Assembly (NCBI GenBank): GCA_934463265.1
Contig: CAKSIU010000003.1
Location: forward strand, 4,463 to 68,462
Source of the DNA: an uncultured Eubacteriales bacterium
GTDB taxonomy: Bacteria; Bacillota; Clostridia; Oscillospirales; Acutalibacteraceae
DNA: 64,000 bases
Reading direction: 5' to 3'
Each line of letters starts with the position of its first letter. The first letter of the stretch is position 1. The notes under the pieces are model-generated. The model was not told the origin of the DNA and searched no databases. It saw only the letters and a program-made list of their open reading frames with translations. This document shows positions 48,366 to 57,145 of this stretch, one piece after another. The position numbers and the translations under genes are program-made.

Positions 48366-49754
48366 CTAAAGTTTATTAACTAAGTCTTTAAAATGCCAGC
48401 CACGTTCCATAAAATTCTCATACAAGTCGAAACTCGCACATGCAGGAGAAAGCGATACGATATCACCCGAAACAGCATTTTCTTTGGCGATATTTACAGC
48501 TTCCTGCATATCTTTCGCAAACACGATTTTAACAGATTCCGGCGAAAATTTTGAAGAATTTATAACTGCGTCACGAATTTTATTTGCAGTTTGCCCCAGA
48601 AGAATTAAAATTTTCACCTTATCTGCAATAACAGGCCCTAATGTGTCAAACGGAATTTTTTTATCGTAACCACCAGAAATCAAGATAATTTTCTGCGGAA
48701 ACAAGGACAATGTTCCGCAAATGGTTCTAGTCGGACTAGACGCGATAGAATCATTATAATATTTTACATGATTAACCTCACGCACAAACTCTGTTCTATG
48801 TTCAACGCCAACAAAATTCTTGGCAACGGTTCTTATCGACTCAACAGACACATCTTCAAAAACGGCACAGATAGCCGCCATATAATTTTCTATGTTGTGT
48901 TTTCCTGGTACACGAATTTCATCTATATTAAGTATAGGCTCCGAAACACCATTTTTCGAAAAATATATCGTGTTATCACGCAAATAAGCACCGTTTTCGC
49001 ATTTGCCTTTTGAACTGAAAAACAAAGTCTTTCCTCTCACATCATCACTGAATTGCCTTGTAATTTCATTTTCCATATTAAGCACTGTCCGTGAAAAAGC
49101 ATTCTGATGCAATACAATATTCTTTTTAGCTTCGATATATTCCGTCATATCCTTATGTACGTCAAGGTGATTTGGGGAAATATTGGTTACAACAGCAACG
49201 TCGGGGCTTTTGCGCATAGAAATCAGTTGAAAACTGGATAATTCAACAACCGCAACGTCACTTTCTTTTATTTTTTCAATCTGCGGTAACAAAGGCGTCC
49301 CGATATTTCCACCAAGATGTACCGTTTTGCCCTCGTGCTTTAAAAATTCCGAAATTATAGTTGTCGTAGTTGTTTTTCCGTCGCTGCCCGTAACTCCAAC
49401 TATTTTGCACGGACACAAGTCAAAAAAAAGCTCCATTTCAGATGTAACAACACAGTCTCTATTTTTCGCTTCAACTAATTCCGAACTAAAAAAATTTAAG
49501 CCTGGTGAGCGAAATATTATATCGACATCCAAATTTTTTAAATAGTTCTCACCCAAACTGAAATTCACATTATAAGGCTTAAGTTGTTTTATTGTTTCGG
49601 CAAGCTGACTTTCACTTTTAGCGTCGCAAGCCGTCACTATTGCGCCTTTTTGGCTAAACATTTTTATAAGCGGCAAATTACTTTTGCCCATTCCACAAAA
49701 CGCAACTCTCTTACCTATTATATTATTAAAAAATTTATCTACACTTTCTGGCAT
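48366..49754 (-). CDS. murD: UDP-N-acetylmuramoyl-L-alanine--D-glutamate ligase
   Basis: 462 aa. GVTGSDGKTTTT P-loop and Mur ligase middle/C-terminal motifs. Confidence 0.95.
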   Translation of the reverse strand: MPESVDKFFNNIIGKRVAFCGMGKSNLPLIKMFSQKGAIVTACDAKSESQLAETIKQLKPYNVNFSLGENYLKNLDVDIIFRSPGLNFFSSELVEAKNRDCVVTSEMELFFDLCPCKIVGVTGSDGKTTTTTIISEFLKHEGKTVHLGGNIGTPLLPQIEKIKESDVAVVELSSFQLISMRKSPDVAVVTNISPNHLDVHKDMTEYIEAKKNIVLHQNAFSRTVLNMENEITRQFSDDVRGKTLFFSSKGKCENGAYLRDNTIYFSKNGVSEPILNIDEIRVPGKHNIENYMAAICAVFEDVSVESIRTVAKNFVGVEHRTEFVREVNHVKYYNDSIASSPTRTICGTLSLFPQKIILISGGYDKKIPFDTLGPVIADKVKILILLGQTANKIRDAVINSSKFSPESVKIVFAKDMQEAVNIAKENAVSGDIVSLSPACASFDLYENFMERGWHFKDLVNKL

Positions 49755-50198
49755 ATAGAATCCTTCCCATTAAAATTTTACTATATCAATATATTATACA
49801 GTTTTACATTCGGAATATCAACGCAATAAGTTTTTTTTGAATTTCAAGTTTTCTTCAAAAATTTTTTCAATAAATTTATTTAAAAATCAAGAAAAAAGGC
49901 TCTAAAAATAAAAAAACGATAAAAAATGTTACAGGTAGTAACAAAAATAGCCTTGTCAAAAGCATTTCAGTAAGAATGAATTTTTGTAAATTTAACAAGG
50001 GAATTTATAAATAAAACGTCCTTTTTGTTTGATAAGGAGAAAGTAATGCTTATTTCTTTTTTGGAATTATAATCCCTTTTAAATGCTGTATAATACTAAA
50101 TAGATTCGGGGATGACAATAAAATAAAAATTAAACTTCATTTTGTTGTATCCGAACTGTACGAATAAAAACTAAAGACATTTAAAAGGAGAATGTATT

Positions 50199-51722
50199 AT
50201 GAAAAAGGTAAATTTAATTAACAAAAAAATTATGTCCACAGGTTTGGCTGCTAGCTTATTAGCTGCATCTTTAGGTGTTAACTCTTGTTCTGCGTATAAA
50301 GGAACTAATGTTTCAGTTAAAAAACTTACGTCTTCACAGTCTAGGGTAAGTTTAGCAAACACAAAGTCTACACCTCAACCCACTAAAGTTAAAAGCAATA
50401 TATCAAAAGAACCTGTTAAAGCAACAAATTCAACTGGGACTCCTGCTAAAAATTCAAATAAAACTATTGAAACTACCAAAGAAAAAGAAGATAAAAAAGA
50501 AATCATTTCTAAGCCTCTTGAAAAAACTTCTTTAAATAAAACAAATAGTAACGGCAACGTCGATGTAAAAACTCAACCAAAACTTGAAAATGAATGCTCA
50601 GAAACTTCAAAAAACGAAAACACAAACAAAAATTCAAGCGATAAAGTTGACACTAAGAAAAGCAATTCTATCTCAAAAACTGAAATGGCCAAAACAGTCG
50701 CAAAAGTAGTTGCCGCTGCGGCAATTGTCGGTGCTGCTACATACTTTGGATATAAGTACAAAGCTCCTATCGCTGAAACTTTAAATAAAGGCGGCGCTTA
50801 CTTATCAAACACAGCAAGCTCTTTCGCTAATAGCTGTAAAAATAAATTCGCAACTTCTAAAGATTATTTAGCTAACAAAGCTGGTTCTTTTGCCAATAGC
50901 TGTAAAAATGGATTCACAACTTCTAAAGATTATTTAGCTAACAAAGCTGGTTCTTTTGCCAATAGCTGTAAAAATGGATTCGCAACTTCTAAAGATTACT
51001 TAGCTAACAAAGCTGGTTCTTTTGCCAATAGCTGTAAAAATGGATTCGCAACTTCTAAAGATTACTTAGCTAACAAAGCAACTTCAATCATTAGTAATAT
51101 AAAAGGGCTATTTAACAAGCCTAAATGTACGGACTTAGTTCCATATATTGATTCTGAAAAAATTTTAACAACCAACAATATGCAAATTAATTATGAGTTC
51201 CCGCTTGAAAAATTTAACAATTGGTCCCAAATAAATGAGTCAAAATTAGAATCAAAATTAAAATCAATTAAATCAAAAAATAAAGCCGAAGCTATATTTC
51301 AAGCTTTAAAAAATGAAATAGAAAACGATAAAAATTCGCCAATAAAATCAAAATTTTCCTTAAAGAGTTTCTTTAAATCAATTAAAAATCGTCTAACTTC
51401 AACTGCCAATAATTGCAAAAAAGGCTCTATGGCTTCAAATTTTTACTCAGCAAACAGAGCAAGCTCGAGCAATAATGCTGCATTTGCAAACGAAATATTA
51501 AAACCAAATAGTACATATACTAATTCGTTTGTTTTTAATGACATGAATAAAGAAAATTCAATTGGTAAATTTTACATAAATCAATCCCCAATTATGAAGG
51601 CTACGGAAAAATCAGTAAATGGTATATACATAAGCAACGTATTTAAAAAAGCAGCAAACTGTATTTGGAAGTTTGTTAAAGAACCTTTTCAACCAATTGA
51701 TATGACGCGCAGATACAGATAA
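50199..51722 (+). CDS. secreted/membrane repeat protein, unknown function
   Basis: 507 aa. Signal peptide MKKVNLINKKIMSTGLAASLLAASLGVNSCSA, a K/S/T/N-rich spacer, the hydrophobic segment VAKVVAAAAIVGAATYFGY, and four 22-aa repeats YLANKAGSFANSCKNGFATSKD. Confidence 0.6.
   Translation: MKKVNLINKKIMSTGLAASLLAASLGVNSCSAYKGTNVSVKKLTSSQSRVSLANTKSTPQPTKVKSNISKEPVKATNSTGTPAKNSNKTIETTKEKEDKKEIISKPLEKTSLNKTNSNGNVDVKTQPKLENECSETSKNENTNKNSSDKVDTKKSNSISKTEMAKTVAKVVAAAAIVGAATYFGYKYKAPIAETLNKGGAYLSNTASSFANSCKNKFATSKDYLANKAGSFANSCKNGFTTSKDYLANKAGSFANSCKNGFATSKDYLANKAGSFANSCKNGFATSKDYLANKATSIISNIKGLFNKPKCTDLVPYIDSEKILTTNNMQINYEFPLEKFNNWSQINESKLESKLKSIKSKNKAEAIFQALKNEIENDKNSPIKSKFSLKSFFKSIKNRLTSTANNCKKGSMASNFYSANRASSSNNAAFANEILKPNSTYTNSFVFNDMNKENSIGKFYINQSPIMKATEKSVNGIYISNVFKKAANCIWKFVKEPFQPIDMTRRYR
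50799..51080 (+). repeat. 66-bp in-frame tandem repeat, about 4.3 copies
   Basis: Copies start at 50799, 50865, 50931, 50997 and 51063 (partial). The inner copies differ by only 1-3 nt. Confidence 0.9.
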
Positions 51723-51808
51723 ATATAAAATATAACTCTTATGTTTAACAAATGTGAAATTATAATGACAAGGAAAAGAAATATTATGATAAAAAAGGAG
51801 AATATATT

Positions 51809-52456
51809 ATGAAAAAGGTAAATTTAATTAGTAAAAAAATTATGTCCGCTGGTTTAGCTGTAAGTTTGTTAGTGACTTCTCTCGGCAATACTTCATGTTT
51901 TGCCTATGAGCCTAAGCCATCGCAATCCGTAAGTACACAACAAAATAATGGAAAATCAGGAAATATTAAAGCTACTTTAAATGTGCAAGTTATAAATAAC
52001 TCAGATAAATCTAAGAAAGAATCATCTGAAAAGAAAGTTGTTCCTGCTAAGGACAAAAACGAAAGTAAAAAATCATTAAAAAAAGCTTTTGATATAACAA
52101 AACGGGGTTTAATTAGCGCATTCTTAATATACGCTTGTTATAAAAATGGAAAAGAATGCTGGAATTTCATATTAGAAAATAAAGAAAATTTTAAAGCAAT
52201 TTTAAATTGTGGGGTCACTGCTATAAAAGGCCTTGGTAATACAATAACAGGCTTCGCCAAATTAATCTGGGAAATGATATCATTTGCGGCCAAACACACT
52301 GAAGCATCGAAAAATATACTGGCGACTGTTGGTACATATAGCATATATAATTCTTTGAAAAATAAAATAAATAATTTTATAAATAAAAAAGATAATAAGG
52401 CAAAGGCACCAAAAGAAAATACATTTAAATTTGAAGGCATATTAAAAAAGAACTAG
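51809..52456 (+). CDS. secreted/membrane protein, N-terminal paralogue of the 50199 product
   Basis: 215 aa. The signal peptide MKKVNLISKKIMSAGLAVSLLVTSLGNTSCFA and the RBS region are near-identical to those of the upstream gene. Confidence 0.55.
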   Translation: MKKVNLISKKIMSAGLAVSLLVTSLGNTSCFAYEPKPSQSVSTQQNNGKSGNIKATLNVQVINNSDKSKKESSEKKVVPAKDKNESKKSLKKAFDITKRGLISAFLIYACYKNGKECWNFILENKENFKAILNCGVTAIKGLGNTITGFAKLIWEMISFAAKHTEASKNILATVGTYSIYNSLKNKINNFINKKDNKAKAPKENTFKFEGILKKN

Positions 52457-52602
52457 TAAAAACCAGAAGTTTCTAAACAACGCGCATGAGACGTAAAAAA
52501 ACTGAAAGATGTTATAACTTTTCTACAAAAAAGAACGCTTCTCTTTTGGAAGCTGAGTTTTCAAAGCAAACTTTTTAGATACAAAAAATACATATAAAAA
52601 TA

Positions 52603-52639
52603 ATAAAAAAAATTCCCGATATCTCCATGATATCGGGAA
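52603..52639 (-). terminator. terminator of the surface-protein gene
   Basis: TTCCCGATATC/GATATCGGGAA perfect 11-bp stem followed on the minus strand by a T8 run. Confidence 0.8.
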
Positions 52640-52647
52640 AAATTGTT

Positions 52648-54699
52648 TTATTCGTCAGACTTTTTCTTGTTTAATTTTGAATTAATCATCAATCCGAGAG
52701 CTAAAGTCATTATTAAGCCCAAGCCTGCTACGGTAAAATATGTAACTTCGTCGCCGGTTTTCATCATTGCAGCCTTTTCTTCGTCTGTCAATTTATCTAC
52801 GAGTGTATACGGCGAAAAGTGGTCCGTATAAATTCCAACATAGTCTACGCCATCTATCTTTATCAAATATTCCTCAAACTGAATATCGTCCCCAACTTTA
52901 GCTAATATAACCTCCAAATCGTCCTTGTCTAAGCCATCAACTACCTCAAAAAGAAGCTCTACCTTCTGCTTAAGTGGCATTGACAGCGGTTTTCCGTCTT
53001 CATCCAACAACGTTATCTCATAATGAAATTGTTTTTCTATTTCATTATCTTGTCTATCAAGTTCAGGCGAATCTGGCACTACGTTTACAACTAACTGCGT
53101 TCCAATCGGCAAAACATCGTAACCGCCGCGAACAACAATATTTTGTTTTTGGCCATTTAGCAGTTCAACGGTAGTTTTCAAAACATTTAAGTTTTCCTTA
53201 TATCTTTTGGCAGAAGCATTAAATTCTACTTGTTTGACAGATTTTGCCTGATATAGCGTCATGATGTTGCCATCTGAAGAAACTGTACCACCATTAGCTG
53301 CAGTTTCGCGTCCGGCAATCCAAAATTGTAGAGGTTCACCGTTATTCGAACCGAAATAAATTTTCTGGTTGGTTGGGTTTACTCCATGGACGGAGTTTGA
53401 TTCGTTGCCGTTAGTTCCATCTTGTCCTTTGCCTGCAATAACATTTTCGTACTCTTCATCAGACAGAGAACTCAAATCACCCCATGAGGTTTGTAATTCG
53501 TCTTTCATCGCGAAAACTCGCGTATTTTTTGTTTCAGAGCCATCAGTAATTTTTGAAATCGAACCGCCACTGCCAACAAATGTATACGGAGTGGTAGCAG
53601 CCGCCAAACTTCCAGAATCATCTTCCATCCAAACTTTTATCGTGTATCCGTCAAGTGAGCTTAAGCCCCAATCCGAAACATCAATAGCCGCTGAAGAATT
53701 AGGCACATTAAGTTTTGTTGCAGCAGTGTAACTTGTAGTACCGTCTTTCAGAGAATCTTCCTTAAACGCGTGCACCACAACATATTGGCCCGCAACGCCG
53801 TCGGAATAAGGCACTGTCAAAGTTTTCGCTGTAGAATTGTAAGTCAACGTGTCACCCGGCGTGAACGTTACGTTGTCGGCGGCTTTGGTTTTCAGGTACA
53901 TACCGTAGTCCGGTAATTTAGCATCCGTTTTTTTGCCAAAATCTGACGAACCCCCAATTGTAATGACTTCCGCACCTTCAGTTTCGCTGCCCACGATATC
54001 CTTGGCTGACGCCGCAGACGCAAAGATTACAGATGACAGATTTATTTTAAAAGCGGCCGACACCGCGGGGCGATAGTAGTTCACACGGTCGTAGCTGACA
54101 CAGTCGCCCGGCAGGACGTAGAGGGCGTTAATGTTGCTACGAGGACTAGGCGAACGCAGCCAGGAGTAGTACGAAGCGCTATAACTCCAGTAAGGAATCG
54201 GTATTATGCGTCGCCTATCAGTCGCCGTCGTCATTGTATATTGACTATTTGAGCTTATATCTTCTTCTGCCCAACTGATAACTTGGTCATTGTTATAGTG
54301 TGCACTGGGCAGCCAAAATTTGTCGGTAGTCTCATACACTGCAGTGGCTTCTTCAATTCTATTTAAAACGTTCGTGCTGTACTTAAACGACTCCACCGTG
54401 CCATACTCGGCAGCACTAAAGTATGACGGGTAATTTGCACTGTTTGAGCCATTAATTGTTGTGTCAATTGGTAAAGTATCATCAACTTTTTCTACATTGT
54501 TCAAATACGCGCGCAGGTCGCTGCGGCCCCAGTGGTTGGCATACGCCTCCTTGTAAAAAAAGTCCGGTTCCGCCGCAGACGCACCATTATTGGGTACCAT
54601 CGCCAGCATCATCGAGGTACTAACCCCGATTGATAGAAGTTTTGTGAAAGTTTTTCTCGTTTTCCTTTTGCTTACAAATCTCTCTGTTACTTTAAACAT
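52648..54699 (-). CDS. cell-surface protein with C-terminal sortase-type sorting signal
   Basis: 683 aa. Signal peptide (..NNGASA-AEP). FWLPS and YYSWLRSPSP motifs that I associate with the DUF6273-type domain. The C-terminus MMKTGDE + hydrophobic helix + KLNKKK resembles an LPXTG-class sorting signal with a non-canonical motif. Confidence 0.65.
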   Translation of the reverse strand: MFKVTERFVSKRKTRKTFTKLLSIGVSTSMMLAMVPNNGASAAEPDFFYKEAYANHWGRSDLRAYLNNVEKVDDTLPIDTTINGSNSANYPSYFSAAEYGTVESFKYSTNVLNRIEEATAVYETTDKFWLPSAHYNNDQVISWAEEDISSNSQYTMTTATDRRRIIPIPYWSYSASYYSWLRSPSPRSNINALYVLPGDCVSYDRVNYYRPAVSAAFKINLSSVIFASAASAKDIVGSETEGAEVITIGGSSDFGKKTDAKLPDYGMYLKTKAADNVTFTPGDTLTYNSTAKTLTVPYSDGVAGQYVVVHAFKEDSLKDGTTSYTAATKLNVPNSSAAIDVSDWGLSSLDGYTIKVWMEDDSGSLAAATTPYTFVGSGGSISKITDGSETKNTRVFAMKDELQTSWGDLSSLSDEEYENVIAGKGQDGTNGNESNSVHGVNPTNQKIYFGSNNGEPLQFWIAGRETAANGGTVSSDGNIMTLYQAKSVKQVEFNASAKRYKENLNVLKTTVELLNGQKQNIVVRGGYDVLPIGTQLVVNVVPDSPELDRQDNEIEKQFHYEITLLDEDGKPLSMPLKQKVELLFEVVDGLDKDDLEVILAKVGDDIQFEEYLIKIDGVDYVGIYTDHFSPYTLVDKLTDEEKAAMMKTGDEVTYFTVAGLGLIMTLALGLMINSKLNKKKSDE

Positions 54700-54738
54700 A
54701 AACTAAATCCTCCTTAAATATAAAATATGAATAATAAC

Positions 54739-54768
54739 ACTATATCACATATTTGCAGTGCTTGTCAA
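54739..54768 (-). promoter_or_regulatory. sigma-A promoter of the surface-protein gene
   Basis: Minus strand reads TTGACA (54768-54763), 18-nt spacer, TGaTATAGT (extended -10, 54747-54739). Confidence 0.6.
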
Positions 54769-54935
54769 TGTTTTTTTATGCAAATATCGACATCATTTTT
54801 TAGCATAAAAATCCCTCCTTTCAAATCTAAAAATATAATTATTGGGGTGTATATGTGCAATACAACATATTGCAGCATAAAACAAATATATTTTTATTTC
54901 AATTTACAAATTTGTCTTTATTTACATATGTTAAA

Positions 54936-57125
54936 TTAATCTTTTCCCCCAATTTGTTGACGTTCAACAAGGTCTGCAAAATATCCATTATTGTCCATCA
55001 ACTCATTAAACGTGCCGTCTTCGATGATTTTCCCCTTGTCAATAACAATAATCCTGTCGCAGTTTTTAATAGTGGAAAGTCTGTGCGCAATTACAATTCT
55101 CGTACTTTTTAAGGAGTCCAGCGACTCAGAAATTTGCTTTTGAGTGATATTATCAAGTGCGCTGGTCGCCTCATCAAACATCAAAATATTCGGTTTTGGC
55201 GCTATCGCACGAGCAATCATTAAACGTTGTTTTTGCCCACCAGAAACGCCTCCGCTACCTTCACTTATAATAGTATGCATTTCCATCGGCATTTCTTTTA
55301 TGTCTTTTTCAATACCCGCTAATTTTGCAGCATTCCAGGCCTCGTCAAGAGTAAGCCACGGCGCAGAAATTACGATATTAGAAAAAATATCTCCCTGAAA
55401 AAGCTTGCCATTTTGCATTACAGCACCAATATGCCGTCTTAAACTTCTCAAATCCAGCGAATTTATATCTTGACCATCATAATAAATCGCACCATTTTTC
55501 GTTGATTCAAAACCTAAAAGAAGCCTCATTAAAGTAGATTTTCCACAGCCTGTTTTTCCCACTATCGCTATATATTGACCCGGGTTAATTTTCAAACTTA
55601 TATCGTCCAAAACCAGCGGTCCGTTCTCGTTATACTTAAACGAAACATGATTTAATTCGATTGCCCCAGATAAGTCCGTAACTATCTTTTTGTTTTCGCT
55701 AACTTCCGGCTCAGCATCAAGTATAGGTTTGACTATCTCCATTACCGGTTTCATTTCAGAAAATTTTGTAAACAGCGGTGCCAAAGCCATTATTGCACCA
55801 CTCACGGCAGAAAATGCGGTATTAAATGCGATAAAATCCGCCATGCTTACATTTGTCGTGCCCGCAATGTAATATAAAACTATCACGCCTACCATGGAAA
55901 TTACCGTGGAAATCATAGGGAAAACTTTTATGAGAATCGGCGGGTTGTAATCAATTTCTGCTCCGGACTTGTACGTGCTTGCCCACTTTGAAAATGCTCG
56001 TCTTTCTGCTCCGGATAATTTTATTTTCTGCACACCTGAAAATAACGAGTAAATAAGCGCACTTAAACTAATTTTTATTTTTGTTTTTTTCCTATTTAAG
56101 TTAATTAACATCAAAGTGCTCACAACGTTCATAACAAGCTGAACTAAAATGAATAATATTGCCGGGATTACCAGTTGCGGCGCATATTGGTTCATTTGAA
56201 AAACATACACAAACGAGCAAAGCGTAGAAAGACCTGTCCCAAAGAATAATCCGCTAAGCATAATTGAAATTTGTTGCATTCCATCAACACGCGAAGACAA
56301 ATCTCCGGAATTATAATCAGAAAAGAAGTTAGCTGGCAAAGACATTACTCTGCTCATTGTAGCGGCCTGAATTGACATATTCATCTTCATACCGATTCGA
56401 GCCGAAACCAAATTGCTTGTAATTTTTATTAAAGTTTGCGACAATGTCATTCCGACAAGCAGGCACGCAAAAGGAATTAATAAACTGACCTTGCCCACAG
56501 GAATTAATTTTCCATATAATAGCTTATTTACATATGGCATAATCATGCCAACCAGCTGAACCACAAGCGAAATAAACACTATGTATATCACGTCTGCTTT
56601 GCTTAGTGTTGATAAAATATATTTACTGATGTCAACTAAATTTATTTTTCGCAGCGGAAACGGTTTGTAAAAGCAAAATGCACTTTCTTCTAGCAAATCT
56701 GCAGTTTTTGCATTTATTCGAATTCTTTTTCCGGTTTCGTAGTCGAAAAAGCTGTAACCTTTCATGGATTCCGGAATTAACGCCACGGTGTCTCCGGATT
56801 TAGTCTGCGCAATAAAGGCTCCCACTGCATTTTTCCACCATTTTCCTTTTAATTCAACCGTTCTGCGCATAATTCCAGTCGGTCTAAGCATATATTCGAG
56901 TTGCTCATTCATGTCGTCGATTTTGCTTGGAATCTCTATTATTTTCGCATTATAAAATTTTAAAACTTCCTCTATCGCATTCTGAGTTTTTTTCCTATCG
57001 TTATTGAGTGCCCGCGCAATTGCTGATTCTCCTAAAACTACGGATGACAACTCTACAAAAGAATTTTCAAAAGCTTCTTTATCTTTTTTCATGCGTTTTT
57101 TTAATTGTTCACTAAACCAACTCAA
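54936..57125 (-). CDS. bacteriocin-system ABC transporter, permease/ATP-binding subunit without peptidase domain (NHLM-type ABC2-like)
   Basis: 729 aa. About 160-aa non-peptidase N-terminal domain, six TM helices, Walker A GKTGCGKST, signature SGGQKQR, Walker B ILMFDEATS. Confidence 0.8.
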   Translation of the reverse strand: MSWFSEQLKKRMKKDKEAFENSFVELSSVVLGESAIARALNNDRKKTQNAIEEVLKFYNAKIIEIPSKIDDMNEQLEYMLRPTGIMRRTVELKGKWWKNAVGAFIAQTKSGDTVALIPESMKGYSFFDYETGKRIRINAKTADLLEESAFCFYKPFPLRKINLVDISKYILSTLSKADVIYIVFISLVVQLVGMIMPYVNKLLYGKLIPVGKVSLLIPFACLLVGMTLSQTLIKITSNLVSARIGMKMNMSIQAATMSRVMSLPANFFSDYNSGDLSSRVDGMQQISIMLSGLFFGTGLSTLCSFVYVFQMNQYAPQLVIPAILFILVQLVMNVVSTLMLINLNRKKTKIKISLSALIYSLFSGVQKIKLSGAERRAFSKWASTYKSGAEIDYNPPILIKVFPMISTVISMVGVIVLYYIAGTTNVSMADFIAFNTAFSAVSGAIMALAPLFTKFSEMKPVMEIVKPILDAEPEVSENKKIVTDLSGAIELNHVSFKYNENGPLVLDDISLKINPGQYIAIVGKTGCGKSTLMRLLLGFESTKNGAIYYDGQDINSLDLRSLRRHIGAVMQNGKLFQGDIFSNIVISAPWLTLDEAWNAAKLAGIEKDIKEMPMEMHTIISEGSGGVSGGQKQRLMIARAIAPKPNILMFDEATSALDNITQKQISESLDSLKSTRIVIAHRLSTIKNCDRIIVIDKGKIIEDGTFNELMDNNGYFADLVERQQIGGKD

Positions 57126-57145
57126 AAAAAATCACCTCTTTTCTT

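Noticed and set aside
50799-51080. CRISPR-like or satellite repeat array
   Set aside because: The 66-bp units are directly abutting with no spacers. They are in frame inside a 507-aa ORF and encode a 22-aa protein repeat. No cas genes are in the window.
52486-52578. 30-codon ORF (MRRKKTERCYNFSTKK...) in the gap after the 51809 gene
   Set aside because: No ribosome-binding site, no promoter, and composition typical of intergenic DNA.
54765-54806. 13-codon ORF (MLKNDVDICIKKH) with the strong RBS AAAGGAGGG between the ABC2 gene and the surface-protein promoter, as a possible exporter substrate or leader peptide
   Set aside because: It has no GG leader and is far too short for a bacteriocin precursor. 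It overlaps the -35 region of the downstream promoter. It is most likely fortuitous, though Ribo-seq could test it.
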